From a bacterium (GTDB lineage Bacteria; UBA8248), in the NCBI GenBank assembly GCA_965213685.1, contig CBDBZY010000064.1:992001-1056000 (forward strand): a DNA stretch of 64,000 nt. Reading direction: 5' to 3'. The position numbers and the translations under genes are program-made. The notes under the pieces were generated by a model. It ran no database searches. It was not told the DNA's origin and saw only the letters and a list, made by a program, of their open reading frames with translations. Below, one piece after another: positions 1 to 13,100 of this stretch. Each line of letters begins with the position of its first letter. Positions within the stretch are counted from its first letter, which is position 1.

Positions 1-512
1 AATATGTGAAATACAAATAGCATGAATAATGCGTCTCAAAAGTGGAATGTTCAGGGATCCGCAGCAGCCTGCAGTGTGCATTGATGACATGTTCTAGGAG
101 AGGGACTTCACAGCTGTCACAGTAAAGGCACGGCTTTTCCCTCTTCCATGGTGACTCATTAGCCTTGTGAGGGCTTGCACACAGTTGGTGTACCTGCCAC
201 CACACTCAAGGGCACTATCCCAAATCCTAGGCCATCATGGAGGCTTTTTCCTTGTATTTCTTAACTGACATCATATGGTCTTTCTGCAATAACTTGTTCC
301 TCATCAACTTGAAACAGAAACCTTCCCTTCATATGTACGAATATCATCTGCATGCAAAAACCCTCCAGCGTACTATGATAGAAGTTGTTAATGGAAGGCC
401 CTAGGCCAGAGGCCTGCAGCTTGATCAAAAGTGCGTTCAGAAACAGTGTAGGTGACAACACAGAGCCCTGCCTGACTCCTCTCTAAACAATGAAGTCAGA
501 GGACATGTTTCC
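1..512 (-). mobile_element. Degenerate LINE reverse transcriptase / 3' fragment
   Basis: Minus-strand GVRQGSVLSPTLF..LQASGLGPSINNFY; same-orientation homolog of 14200-14500 and 15300-15480. Confidence 0.7.
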
Positions 513-522
513 ATTCATGCAC

Positions 523-578
523 ACTGCTGCTGCTGCTGCTACTGGTGCTGCCACAGCTGCTACTGCTACTGCTACTGT
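523..578. repeat. (GCT/ACT)n trinucleotide microsatellite
   Basis: actgctgctgctgctgctactggtgctgccacagctgctactgctactgctactg. Confidence 0.8.
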
Positions 579-852
579 GAGTGAGAAGTTGCACTTGACT
601 GATCCTCGAAATAATAGGCCTGCCAGACAACAACCCAAGGCCGGTTGGCAGACAGTTCTGGCAAGACAGTTTAACCAGGTACGGCGATCTATTAAACGGC
701 AACAAGCTGGCAGCTTCGGAAAGTCAACACTCGACTACAAATCGTCACAACTCTAGTCAGCCTCAACGGGAAAAAGTCAATGTGTCTGGATATGGTTTCT
801 CACTGCCCTTTGGAAGAAAAAGTGTTCTCTATAGATAAGGGAACAGCCTATC

Positions 853-940
853 GACTTTGCCTGCTGGCTGCTGTTGGTAGAGCGTCAGCATATAAAGCTG
901 AGAGTCGTGGGTTCGAGTCCCGCAGGAGTCCACTTTTTCT
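853..940 (+). mobile_element. tRNA-derived SINE-like head / tRNA pseudogene
   Basis: Box A-like TGGCTGCTGTTGG-TAGAGCG, box B GGTTCGAGTCC, closing stem GACT..CCTGC/GCAGGAGTC, followed by a T-run. Confidence 0.6.
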
Positions 941-1159
941 TTCACTTTTCTTTCCATCACTCAGGTGAATATAATACGGCAGTGAGTTTTTCCCCCTCAA
1001 TAGACTGGGCTGGGTTGGGTTGCCCCAGACTTTATTAACCACTTTGTCTATTGAGGGGTTATCACATGTGTCTGTCTGCCTGTCTGTCTCTCTGTCTCTC
1101 TATTCATGACCGCTCAGGCTCGCCCCAAATGATGCCCTGCATCTTACTATTATTTTTTT

Positions 1160-1584
1160 TTGTCTCATTCGTCGGGCCAGTTCCTTGAGCAAGCCTCGAG
1201 CTTCCACTTCAAATGCTCCCAAAGTCTCCACAGCAATGGGGACAAATATACACGAGCTGGAAAGGTGAGCATACCTTTCCTTTTTCTGAAACTCTGCATC
1301 TGTAGCAACTGCAGGCCTCTCTTGATGATGAGAATGACGGCCCTTACTGAAACGACAACTCAGGCCATGTGTCCCAAGTCTGTTGCCCCACAGCATGAGC
1401 AAATGTGTGGTCGGCAGAGAGATGCTCCAAGCCTGAAGCCAACTGCAGTTCTTACCACATCGTCACTCAAGCACAGGCCCAAGGCAGCAATAGGGAGCAC
1501 GTTGAGCCAGGCGCCTGACTCTGGGCATACAACAGCCAAGAGACGGTCCTTGGACTGACTATCTGGAGCCTCCTCCAAAAGCAT
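1160..1584 (-). mobile_element. CRE-clade non-LTR retrotransposon C-terminal fragment
   Basis: [35 protein letters not shown] zinc motif, FVPIAVETLGAF; inverted counterpart at 54363-54796. Confidence 0.8.
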
Positions 1585-1639
1585 GTTATTATTATTTTCG
1601 TATTATTTTTATTACTATTATTCTTATTATTTTTATTAC

Positions 1640-3410
1640 CAAAACAAGGTGCAAGGTACATCAAAGAGAAGAAAAGAAGGAGCAGAACACATAAGAATGA
1701 CTGACATGAAAGTGCTCTTAGAAGTGACTCACATGGAGAATGTAAACCATAAGTCTTCTAATAGAGATGCTCTGTTTTTGAGACGTAAGCTCTCTCACGC
1801 GTGTAGACCCAGACCTATGTGCTTTTTTAGAATTATGCGCGTGGGTATCATCATGCTATATTATTGGTGAAATCAAATTTGGTGGATGTTTGTGATTCGC
1901 CAAACCGCAAATTAAAGTCCTCGCCAAATTTTCCCGCTATACGGTATGTATTATACTGTACATGTATTTCTCATGTACACAGTTTCAACAGACTCAAGTA
2001 GAGCAATTCTGCGGAAGGGAAAATGACCTTTCCATCTTGCCATCAAACGCTGAGGACTTGAGCACTGCTATGTCCCTAAGAATGGCTGCTCTAACATGAA
2101 GCGACTCTTAATGGTGTGTGCTTGCTCCTGAGTCAGCACAGCAGAAGAGGCCAGCAGAGGAAGTGTTAAAGGAGGTGTGTATAGTGTATATGACCTCATT
2201 CTTATGATGGTATATTTAATTATCCTTCTGTGCCAGCATTAGCACCAAACACTTTTGATAGCTTCCTTTTGTGCATGTAATTATTGCACCCATTTCCTTT
2301 GGGTGCAAAGGTCAAATTTTGTGTACCCGTTTCCCTTGGGGTGCAGATAAAAATGACTTGAATTGCAGGTGAATCGTGAAATCATTCAAGAACTTAGGTG
2401 CTCTTCATAGACTACAAAACTATTTGCTACTAAAAGGCACTCACTTGAAAGACTCTTGTCAGCATATGGGAATAAACTGGAATCTCATTATCACACCTAT
2501 GGTAAGCTTAGTAGGTGTACATAAGGATTGGCCAGGGTCCTCAGCATCAAACCTGTACATTTGAAATTTGCAATTTTCACTTTCACTATGGAAACAATCT
2601 GACTTCTAGTGGTAGCCAAGTTAATAGTATGTAAAAGTTTAACTGTACCTTAAAAAGTGTGGGAAAATAGTATATGAGGTGTGTTTTATATGCATTTTCA
2701 CAAATAATCGTCCTTCTTCTTCTTCTTCTTCTTCTTCTTCTTCTTCTTCTTCTTCTTCTTCTTCTTCTTCTCCTTCTTCTTCTTCTTCTTCTTCCAGTTG
2801 AAGAAGCGAAACTCAATAACTGTAGTACACATGTAGGAACATTGCATTGGTGGCTAGTGCATAGGCATAATTTTTTTTGTTAACCCCTTCACTTCTTGAG
2901 ATATTGATGATTATCTATCTTCTCCATGTACTTTGTGTGTTGAAGAAATTACAATGAGGGTAAGGGCCCGGGACTTGTGTTGCATAATCGGACATCACCG
3001 TACTCCATGTTTCATCATCATTTCCATGACAACTAGTTACAATAATAGTGTGTACTCTACATCCAGGACCTGAGATCTTGTCTCCATTCCTTTTTATGCA
3101 ATCCCTACAAAATTGAATTTATAAATTTACTTGTATTTATGAGCAACATAAGCACTTTCCAGCAAACACCCAGAATCTTGGCATACTCTCAGAAACTCAT
3201 CTCAAGCAACAGACATCCACCCTACATTCCAAGAGTTTGTCCAGTTTATGCCACTCAATGAATACAATGAGCACTTCAGCCCATTTTTGGAGCTCTGTCA
3301 CCCATGTGCCATTCACTATGACTTTTATGCCAACTTCTGCCAAAGACCTTACATTATGACCTGTATGCCCTTATGAATTATCTCACCATCCCCCCTTCAT
3401 ACTACCCTTC
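1640..3410 (+). pseudogene. Carbohydrate sulfotransferase pseudogene (copy C)
   Basis: Remnant CYVPKNGCSNMKRL (~2066-2110), LERLLSAYGNKLE (~2445-2483), NEHFSPFLELCHPCAIHYDFYANF (~3266-3338); deletions, a ~700 bp insertion and a truncated 3' end; mirror of copy D. Confidence 0.75.
2713..2794. repeat. (CTT)n microsatellite
   Basis: Direct inspection; explains the poly-R and poly-L ORFs. Confidence 0.95.
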
Positions 3411-4909
3411 AAATATGGAGTGTATACACTCACCATGGTCATAGGCAATGTACATAGTATGTGCATGGAGGAGTGAGCTTCATGGTAGTGTGGGAAGTGC
3501 CAAGGTACCATGTACGTATATACTAGCTGTATGTGTATGATGCATGAACAAGTGCACAAAGTGACAATGTTTGTGTTGTACACTGTACAGTGGTCAAAAC
3601 TGTAGTTTGTTGAGTAGCCTATATAGTTCCCAGGCGTTGGTTGGGGCCAAGTACTAGGCTGTGGATAGTGTTGCTTCGTGTAGAATGAGGTCAAAATGAA
3701 TCACTATGGCACAACATTACACAGTCATATAATGATATCAGGTTAATATCATGCATGAGGCAGAGGAGATACCATGCACAATGCTTTAGGTTAGTACTGG
3801 CTCAGTGACTCCCAGTAACTCTGCATGACTCCACTGTTCCTCAGGATAGAGATGATAGTAAAAGTCCAATTCCACAAATATTCGTTGAAACAAGCGATAC
3901 TTTAGCTCAGGGGATAACTGTGAGTAGTATTTATGTAGCAACACTCTCGTCTCCTTCCAAGGATTGTGTGCGCTATGATCAGTGAAATATTCTGTGCTTG
4001 CATTGAGCCTTTGTACCAAGAGATGAACTTCTCTAGAGTAGTTCTTGAAGTTAGCATAGAAATGGTAGCGTACCAAGCAAGGTTGTGAAACACTGAGAAT
4101 TGAAGCAAAGTGTTCATTTAAGGAGTCATCGTCTGAATCAAGAATCCACTGAATATAGTCAGAAAAGGTCAACTGCAGGTCATGCGTTCCTCTGGCCTGT
4201 GCCCATTTCAAGAAGTCCAAAGGCCTATACTCTGTCATGATCCAGTGTTTGTGTAACTCAAAAAGATCTATTCCTTTCTGAAATGTGGGTTTTTAAAGCA
4301 TAATATGACTGTATGAAATGTTGAATGTGAGAATGTGCTCGCGTTTGTTACAATATGCTGACACCAACCGCTCCAGAGGATTACGTATCATCATAAACTT
4401 GTAATATGCTTTAATTCTCTTCATTCTCTCCTTATCCGTAAGTGTTGTATTTAAAAATGATGCCTTCTGTATAGCAGGAGTGAGGTACTGTGACTCAGAA
4501 ATTGTAACCATCTTGGCAGTCTCTTTTGGTAACTGTCCATTTATTATGAATACCAACCGTCTAAGATTTGTGCAGCCAGCCTTATGAGAGAGATGGATCT
4601 CATTTGTAACAAATCACACGTGTACAGTACATATGTTGAACAGTAACTACATTTTAATACTCTGGGAATATTAAGGGGTATATTTGACTTCCAATGAAAC
4701 TTCTCTTGAGTTGGTATGGGTTTAAAGCTACAAAATCTGTGGAGTGGAGTTCATTCCTACATTGTGATTCTTGTATTTGGGTTCCATGAATTTTTATCAG
4801 CACATGAATAGATGAAAACAGAATTGCCTAGCTAGGCCATGAATGGCCCTCAGGCTGAGCAGTCACCCAATGTGCAGTATGCACAGTCATGCATATCCAC
4901 ATCACATGT

Positions 4910-5879
4910 ATGAATGGTTCAAGTTCGTTATGTCAGTAAATATGTATTAGTTATATCACGGCTAGGAGGGATGTTGCGGGTTTATAGACCCGAGGGGTGA
5001 GAAGTGTGAAGAAGCCCAAGATTATGCCATGTTACCTAACATACTACACTGTTGCTTATGGCAATGGGACTATATCAGGTGTGAGGGACTATATCTCCCC
5101 ATAGGGTTCAGATATAGTCACCTCCACACCAGATATAGTCACCTCAACACCAGATATAGTCACCTCGACACCAGATATAGTCACCTCAACACCAGATATA
5201 GTCACCTCGACACCAGATATAGTCACCTTCAGCTTCCTGTAGTTGTTTTAAAGCACCTCCATAATCTTAGCAACCACCTAGCAATGGGCTATAAGGGTTT
5301 CTAAAGTACAACTCTTTGTACACCATTAACTATAATTACAAAAATTGTGCTATACAGTTGAACTGTAGGCAAGGGTTGGTTGTGTAGGTAATCAATTTCA
5401 ATGATGGCTTGCTCCCACAACAATACATTGCAATGCTCTGTACACGTCCCTGCACTGCAGCCATTGGAGAATTACATTAACCAGTAAGTAAGGTTATCTC
5501 AGTTGCATCTTTGTTCTCTTTACACCATACATTCTTGTTCTTAAGACCAAGAGTTATGAAAGGTTAACTGAAGCACGGCAGGTAAACCATATACTTTATG
5601 TACACAACCAATGTTATGGTTCTAAATGATTACTGTTATTCCATACTAGAGTAATTGAATGTGAGAAACCAGACAAATATCTTTCATGCACAATCAGCAA
5701 CAAGGTCGTGGATACTGTTTTTTCATCCAGTGTGGATTGAACTACTGAAGTAACTCACCAACCCTTGCCTACATTCCAACTATGTAATAATTCTTGTAAT
5801 GGTGAAAAGTGTACAAATAAATGTGCCAATGAAAGGTTACTGACATAACATTCCATATATATTAGCTTGAACCATTCAA
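4910..5879. mobile_element. Non-autonomous TIR element in intron 3 of copy A
   Basis: TIR TGAATGGTTCAAG (4911) / CTTGAACCATTCA (5866), flanking ATGT duplication; absent from the paralogous intron of copy B. Confidence 0.65.
5108..5230. repeat. 21-bp minisatellite, about 6 copies
   Basis: Unit CACCAGATATAGTCACCTC(A/G/C)A. Confidence 0.95.
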
Positions 5880-6149
5880 ATGTCCTATGCAACTCTATAT
5901 ACCGTACCTTTGGTAAAAAGCAGAATATGAACTTTTTCTTGTCATCGAAGATAAGGTGTCTGAAAAAACTTCTCCTGATAGCTGACTTCACACTGGGTAA
6001 AACAGCGGAGTTGCTCATGTTGTACTTACTGCAGAACCTATCCACTTGCAATACTTGCCACTGTGAAAATAGAAGTTTGCAATGATGAACACTATTACAA
6101 CCAGACCTACATACATGATGTTACACCTGTATAGTAATAAGTATCAGAG

Positions 6150-7992
6150 TAATCTTGCGTGGCCAGACTCTCTCCGCAAGCGAGAGTCTGGTCAACTGCC
6201 CATATAGGACTTGTTCTTCACACTACCAAAAAAAAGGGGAGGTTAAGTGGTTGGTGGCCACAATGTGCAACATTGCCTAGCAAGACACGCCTAGTATAGC
6301 ATAGTGATGCACATGTACAGTTTAACTCATATCCTGTAGATCATTCCTCTAGCTATAAGATCACTACTCCCTTTTCTGTGTGTAAGTAGCATTTGACTAG
6401 TGAGACCCTGCTTTTAGAGGTACAGGCAGTATTATTGTCCAAGGCAGCAGGCATGACAGAGAAAATGGAGCTTGAAGATGCAACATCAGCAGCTGCAGTG
6501 GAAATGGGCACAAGGAACTGAAGGATAAGCAGAGCCATATTGACATTTGTTCAAGGGCAAGACACCTTTGTGTCACTTCCTACTGGATATGGAAAAATCA
6601 ATGATTTATGCTTTGTTACCACTAGTCTTTGACAAAGTTAAAGGTGTGATGTGTTTGCTAGATAGTTGCCAAAGTATGTACACATTAAATGATCCACTGT
6701 TCATATGCAGGGTGTACTGGGAGTATTGTTGTGTGCATATTAGTCCAATGACCTCAATAATGATGGACTAGACTAGTATTGCATAGTGTTGCACATGTAC
6801 AGTTTAACTCATATCCTGTAGATCATTCCTCTAGCTATAAGATCACTACTCCCTTTTCTGTGTGTAAGTAGCATTTGACTAGTGAGACCCTGCTTTTAGA
6901 GGTACAGGCAGTATTATTGTCCAAGGCAGCAGGCACGACAGAGAAAATGGAGCTTGAAGATGCAACATCAGCAGCTGCAGTGGAAATGGGCACAAGGAAC
7001 TGAAGCTAGGATAAGCAGAGCCATATTGACATTTGTTCAAGGGCAAGACACCTTTGTGTCACTTCCTACTGGATATGGAAAAATCAATGATTTATGCTTT
7101 GTTACCACTAGTCTTTGACAAAGTTAAAGGTGTGATGTGTTTGCTAGATAGTTGCCAAAGTATGTACACATTAAATGATCCACTGTTCATATGCAGGGTG
7201 TACTGGGAGTATTGTTGTGTGCATATTAGTCCAATGACCTCAATAATGATGGACTAGACAGCCAAATATTCACCTAAGGGTCTGTCAACAGAATTTGTTG
7301 GTAAAGCACAAACAGACAGTAATGTAATGTAATCTACTTTACATCAGCCCAGAAAGCACTTGTGGTTGATGAAGTGCACTGTGTAGGTTCAGAGTTGCCT
7401 TTGCAAGGATAGGAGACATGAGAGCAATTATTCCATTGTCCCTGCACTCACAGGCACTGCTACCAGAAACACTCGACATGTGTACGAGAAATTGGCACTT
7501 AGAAATTTTGCTGTTGTTGCTCTTTTACCACACCGATCTATAATACCACATATCATGTTCACCATAGTCCTATAGGTTGATGAATTTAGTTCAATGATCA
7601 GCACTCAACTTGCAGTACAATGTACTACTTATGCAAAACCTGTGGTATTTTGTCAAACATACAATGATTGCTCACAACTATTTCTCTTTCAATTAAAAAG
7701 AAGCTGAGCAACATACCACTACTAGTGTGGTGACTTTAACCCAAAGAAAATCAGACTAACTACAGACATGAAATGTAGTGAACATATGAGGCAAAAAGAG
7801 TGCATGAAAAAATGAAATGATAAGAGGCAGCAGAGTACAAAAATGTACATGTGCAACACTACCAATGTATTGTGGCCAGCACCCACTTACGCAACCCCGA
7901 TATTTGGGGGGGGACAAGAATAAGTCCTACGTATATGGGCAGTTGACCAGACTCTCTCTCGCTTGCAGAGAGAGTCTGGCTACATGAGACTA
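6150..7992 (+). mobile_element. AcademH-like DNA transposon derivative with degenerate RecQ-type helicase
   Basis: ~65-bp TIRs (TAATCTTGCGTGGCCAGACTC.. / ..GAGTCTGGCTACATGAGACTA); 9-bp TSD GTATCAGAG/GTACCAGAG; empty site in paralog at ~51168-51176; remnants GKDTFVSLPTGYGKS, LVVDEVHC, VVFCQTYNDC. Confidence 0.8.
6291..7258. repeat. Tandem duplication of ~482-486 bp inside the AcademH-like element
   Basis: 6291-6772 is nearly identical to 6773-7258; identical ORFs at 6547 and 7033; CTAG microhomology at the junction. Confidence 0.95.
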
Positions 7993-8674
7993 GTACCAGA
8001 GAGTCAGTAGTCTAGACTCTAATAAGGCTCGATCGTAGCATAGCCTTCGACCCTTGCTGAGGCAGCACACTAGTCATAAACGAAAACATAATGCCACACC
8101 AGCCACTCCCTTTTTCGCCCCTGGGTTCAGGAGCTGACGTGGTGTTTCAGATGCAGCTGGCAACAAACCTTGGATAGCCATTGCGATTTCAACAATGAGC
8201 ATGTGCAGTATATAAACTGGGCGTGCCCGGGCTTAAAAACCGGCACGGCCATGGCCATGGCCACATCCTATGGCTTATATAGGATTTGTCTATGGAGAGA
8301 TGGCACCAACATGCCCATAATGGTTCAGTTCTAGGTAGCATTGCTCTACCCAACCAGTTCCAAAATGTAGAGGGGTGTACATGTACGTAGGGGTGGCAGT
8401 GCCAAACACTTCAAGCACTAGGTGTAGTGGTGACAGTGCGCAAGTAAGACAGTGCATACAAAGACAACACCACTTTCCCATACTCATACAATGGGTAGGT
8501 GGCCAATTAATGCTCTATTAAATACATGGGTATTAGATGGCATAAGGAAAATATAATAGCCTGTAGGTTACTCATGCACGCTTGCCTAACATTGCCCTGG
8601 ATTAACATAAATTATGTCTAAAGGCAAGCTTAAGGCCACTGAAACCTACACACAAATGTGCACACACACATGCA

Positions 8675-8718
<44 letters not shown>

Positions 8719-9581
8719 TGCACAAAGGAGACTCAGTATTATGACCAAGTATACTCCCAACTATGTATACATATAGTATAGCAGGGGCGTAGGAGCCAGT
8801 ACGGCTACTCCGGCTTTGGCCGTAGTAGATTTTGGCCCCACGTACTTAGTTAGTTTGCTTTGTGCTACTTACTCTCATGCTACATCACTACGCGCTATAG
8901 TCCTTGTCACTGAGCGAGATCAGTGCCGGGTGCGGCTTACGCATGTGCATTACTAATAGCCTAGTACTAGACACATGCATGTCGAGCTGTAGTATTGAGA
9001 TACATGTTCAAAGCAACTACATGAGCATACCTTTTGCAGACACTAATGTTCAGGATTGAGGGGTGGGGACATGTATGTAGAGGGGTGTGTCTGGCCTTAC
9101 TAGATCTGTTATGCTTTCTACTCCTCTGTATACATGTCTGAGGGCTGTTCTCAGCCTGTTCAGTTCTGATTGTGAAGAGCATACAAACATAGGTACTTGT
9201 GCAGAGCATGGCAATGTATTGTTGCAGATCGGTGAGACTGATTACCTACATAGCCAACCATTGCTTACATTTCAACTGCATAGAACAATGGTGAATGGTC
9301 TTTAGAAATTCAACAAAAGGGTACTAACATAACGTTCCTTTTTAACTCGAACCATTCACATATACATGTCTGAGGGCCGTTCTCAGCCTAGGGATTTGTG
9401 GTTTTGATGTTTTCATGTACAAAGAAGGTCAGCAGTATAGAAGTAGTCAAAAAGGGCACAAATACATAGTAGGTCACAGAAGGCAAATTCTGACTGGGGA
9501 TGCATGTTAAATGCCTTTGCGAATGTAGTTTTCTACAAGCAGCACTCTGCAGAATGTGGCTCACCTCTAGAGACTGCACTT

Positions 9582-9680
<99 letters not shown>

Positions 9681-9739
9681 ACAAAGAGGACTCAGTAATA
9701 TGACTAAATAACCCAACTATGTATACATGCATACATGTC

Positions 9740-10138
9740 TGAGGCAGCTCTTCTTTTCTCTTGGGAAAAAAGGAGTTGTCTTCAGGTGTAGTTGCTTTGC
9801 TTTGCCTGGTCTCAATGACTGATCATTCATGTAATTACCCAACACAGAGATGGGTGCCTTGGTGGTTTGATTACCCCGGCCCACTCAAGCTCTACAGTAC
9901 TGAGGTAGAGTAACCCTGTTTATCAGGGAAGAGACGCCTTTGCCCTTGCATAACATTTAAATGGCCCAGCCGAGCTGCCTCAGTGGCTTAGTTGGTAGAG
10001 CGTCTGCCTGGTACGCACAACATCATGAGTTCAAATCCCACCTGAGGCAGCTCTTCTTTTTCTCTTGGGAAAAATGGAGTTGTCTTCAGGCGTAGTTGCT
10101 TTGCTTTGCCTGGTCTCAATGACTGATCATTCATGTAC
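9740..10138 (+). mobile_element. tRNA-derived SINE-like repeat; head 9972-10053, 3' part duplicated at 9740-9832
   Basis: Box A TGGCTTAGTTGG, box B GTTCAAATCC, 12-bp closing stem GAGCTGCCTCAG/CTGAGGCAGCTC. Confidence 0.65.
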
Positions 10139-13100
10139 AAAGCTGAAGGAAGTAGTCAGAAGGGTGTGAATAGTAGGTCAGAGAAGGCAAATTCTGACTA
10201 TGAGTATCAGGGGTACATGCTAAATGCCTTCCTCCTCATTCATGAGTGTCTCAGTTTGTCTACAAGCAGCATTCTGCAGAATGTTGTTCACCTCTAGATA
10301 CTTATGCACTAGTTGAAATGTTTGCATACATGTGAACTGTGTACTACCACTCACCTTACTCCGTGCTGATATATCCGGGTTTTGTGACACACTGATGATT
10401 CTCAGTGTCTCATTCAAAGACAGATGAGGTATTGTTGTTGGTGACTCTATGTCAGGTCTACTACCAGATGGCATGGGAAGTAGTGTCTCAGTCCCATAGC
10501 TGAGGTAATCCTCTTCCCGTACTTCTTCAGCCCACTTCAGATTCCTTCCTGTTCTGTTAATGTTGTCATGAATGGCTGAGAACATGGCTGAGAACTTGGT
10601 GGAGCCATTACTCAGTTGTGCTGGGGTTAGAATGATAGTATAGTGAGTAGACAATATCCCAGTTTGTTATACATGTAGGTGTGCCCTATAGACCTTAACA
10701 CACTATAAGTGACATACGTGCATGGGGTATGGGGCTTAGCTACAGTAGGACCACTTTTCTTGGTGAAATTCACAATTCATAGGTATTCCTACCAAACTCA
10801 TTTTGCATGTGCAAGTATGCACTTGGAGCTTCACTCTCTCCCCATTGCTGAGTGTGTGGCTACATGTGGTGTGGCTAGTGTTTGCTGTAGGTAGCTGGGT
10901 AAGTACATATAACTGGTATGCATGATTGCATTCACAATGCCATGTGTTGTTAGGTGCCTATGAATAATTAATAAGAGCAATCACACAAATACTCTCATCT
11001 TCTACTGCCCCAGTGATACATATTGCTCACAGTATTGTCACTGTGTGTTGGTTGATGTTTCACAATTCAACCAAATATTTCCACATGTACATACAAATGT
11101 CTTATGGTATAGCTTACGTACAGGTATTGTATGGACTCAGATGTAGGTACTCAATGATAATGAGCAGGGAAGTAGTCAGCAGCAAGGTAAGTACACCCGC
11201 CTTGACCTTTATATGCATCTGAAAAGAATAGAAAGTACCAACGGTTATTTAGAGTACATTAACATGTACATGTACAATGGAAATACTAGGCTTTGTACTC
11301 ATTGCCACTTCATTGGAGTGGCTTTCCTCATAGCAGGCACTACCACTGGAAATGAGAGTGGATACCATTAACAAGTGGAGTTGGAATTATTTGTCAAAGT
11401 AGCTACTGCATCACAACCAACGGAATGCATCAAGACATACGAACAGAGCAACTCCTCCCTGAGGACAACCGCTACTATGGCATAAGATGCTATCCTAGCA
11501 TCATTTCATTTCAATTAATGTATAGACCACATGAAGGAATATGGTGTACAATTCATAAGCTACTGAAGTATGGTATGTGCTTAGTGTTTAGCCTGTACAC
11601 ACATAAACATTAGAAGGCTCTGCATGTTCAAAAATGTAACAAGTATTAACAGCAAGTGAGTACGTCATAACCAGTTTAGTAATACTGTGACTAGGGGGTT
11701 ACTGTTGAGTATAGAAACACAAGAATACATGTATCTCCCTCAGTATTTATGCATGTGACCCATACCCTCAGTAGTCTAGCACGCTAGACCCTCTCCTTCC
11801 ACTACGCACGCAATGAAGCCACATGTGGGGAGAGAAGAGACTGCAAGTGAGTGATAGCAGTTAGATTTGGGAGTGTGTCTTCTCCAGGGCTGTATCCCAA
11901 TGCTACATTTGACGCTGAGGTTAATGGCCCCACAGCCTGAGGGCGTGGCATGCAGTGGTTCACACATGCGCACGATGAGGGAACTTGGAAGTCATGTGAC
12001 AGTTGGCGGTAGATGGACAGAGCTGGCTCATTGGTGGCTGCTCTTGTGAGAGCAAAGCTTTCCCACCCACCCATCCTTAGGCTGTGTATGGGTTATATGC
12101 AAAAGGGGGAAGGGTCTTTGAGTAGTCATTGCTCTGGGAGAGTGTTTCATGACAGGCCGGCTCTGCATCTCCAGGTGAATCCGTGACTGTGTCTGGGCAG
12201 GAGGGGCAGGTGGGCCACTCCTCTCACCCAAGCTTGCAGGCGCAACCCGGAGGGGTGGGGGGGGGGGGGGGGGGCAATTTGCCTGAGGCCACTCCCCTCT
12301 TGTCCGCCAACCCAGGGCAATACTCTACTATAGGTAGTAGGGGTACTATCTGGTAGGGGTAGCTAGTCTGGACGCTGTACCACACCCATTTTCGATGGAA
12401 ATACTGGTCAGGCCATGGCCTGACTGGCCGGAGTGCTTCCTGCGCTCCCTGCATGGCAGTGACCTCCCATTGTGGCACCACATGTCAAGTTCCTGTCACA
12501 ACACACTCTACTCTGGTCAAGAGACTCCCTACACATTCCACAGTCTCAAGGGTATAGGAGAAGTAAGAACCTAGTGTGGGAGTGACATGATGACATTGCA
12601 GCTGCAACTGAGATAACCACTATTGCAGTGTGGCGGGAGTGACATGATGACATTTCAGTAAAGTATAGAGTACAATATTAAAAAGCAAGGATCAGTTTCT
12701 GTGGCTTACGTTTTTACATCAGAGAGAAAACTGCCGAGTTCTTCAAGGTTGTTTTGATTATGGTTGATCACTGCAAAAGTAAATGCATGTACAATGTATA
12801 TTGTAGGCTAACCAGATTAGGATTTCAAATCCGCTATTATTCGTATACAGTATAGGTTTGTAGCCATATGCAAAACAGTTACCAATCCTCGCGCCAACCT
12901 TACTTTCCAAAATACAAAATGAAAACCTACCGCTATTTTACTAGTTTACGCCGTATACACGTAGCAACGCGCCTTGTCCAGGGAGACGTCAACTCAGCCA
13001 CTAGGGGTACTTCTAGGACTCTCACAAGTAAGTACCCTATCGGTCGCGCACATGCCTTGAAGCTGGATGGCCACGGGAACAAAAACGGCGGTACGAGGCC

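Noticed and set aside
853-931. Functional tRNA gene
   Set aside because: Irregular acceptor and D stems; more like a SINE head or pseudogene; needs tRNAscan-SE
5108-5230. CRISPR-like array
   Set aside because: Units are contiguous 21-mers with no unique spacers; eukaryotic context and no cas genes
6547-7257. Two identical 74-aa genes, or a host RecQ gene
   Set aside because: Frameshifted helicase remnants inside a TIR/TSD element, doubled by a tandem duplication
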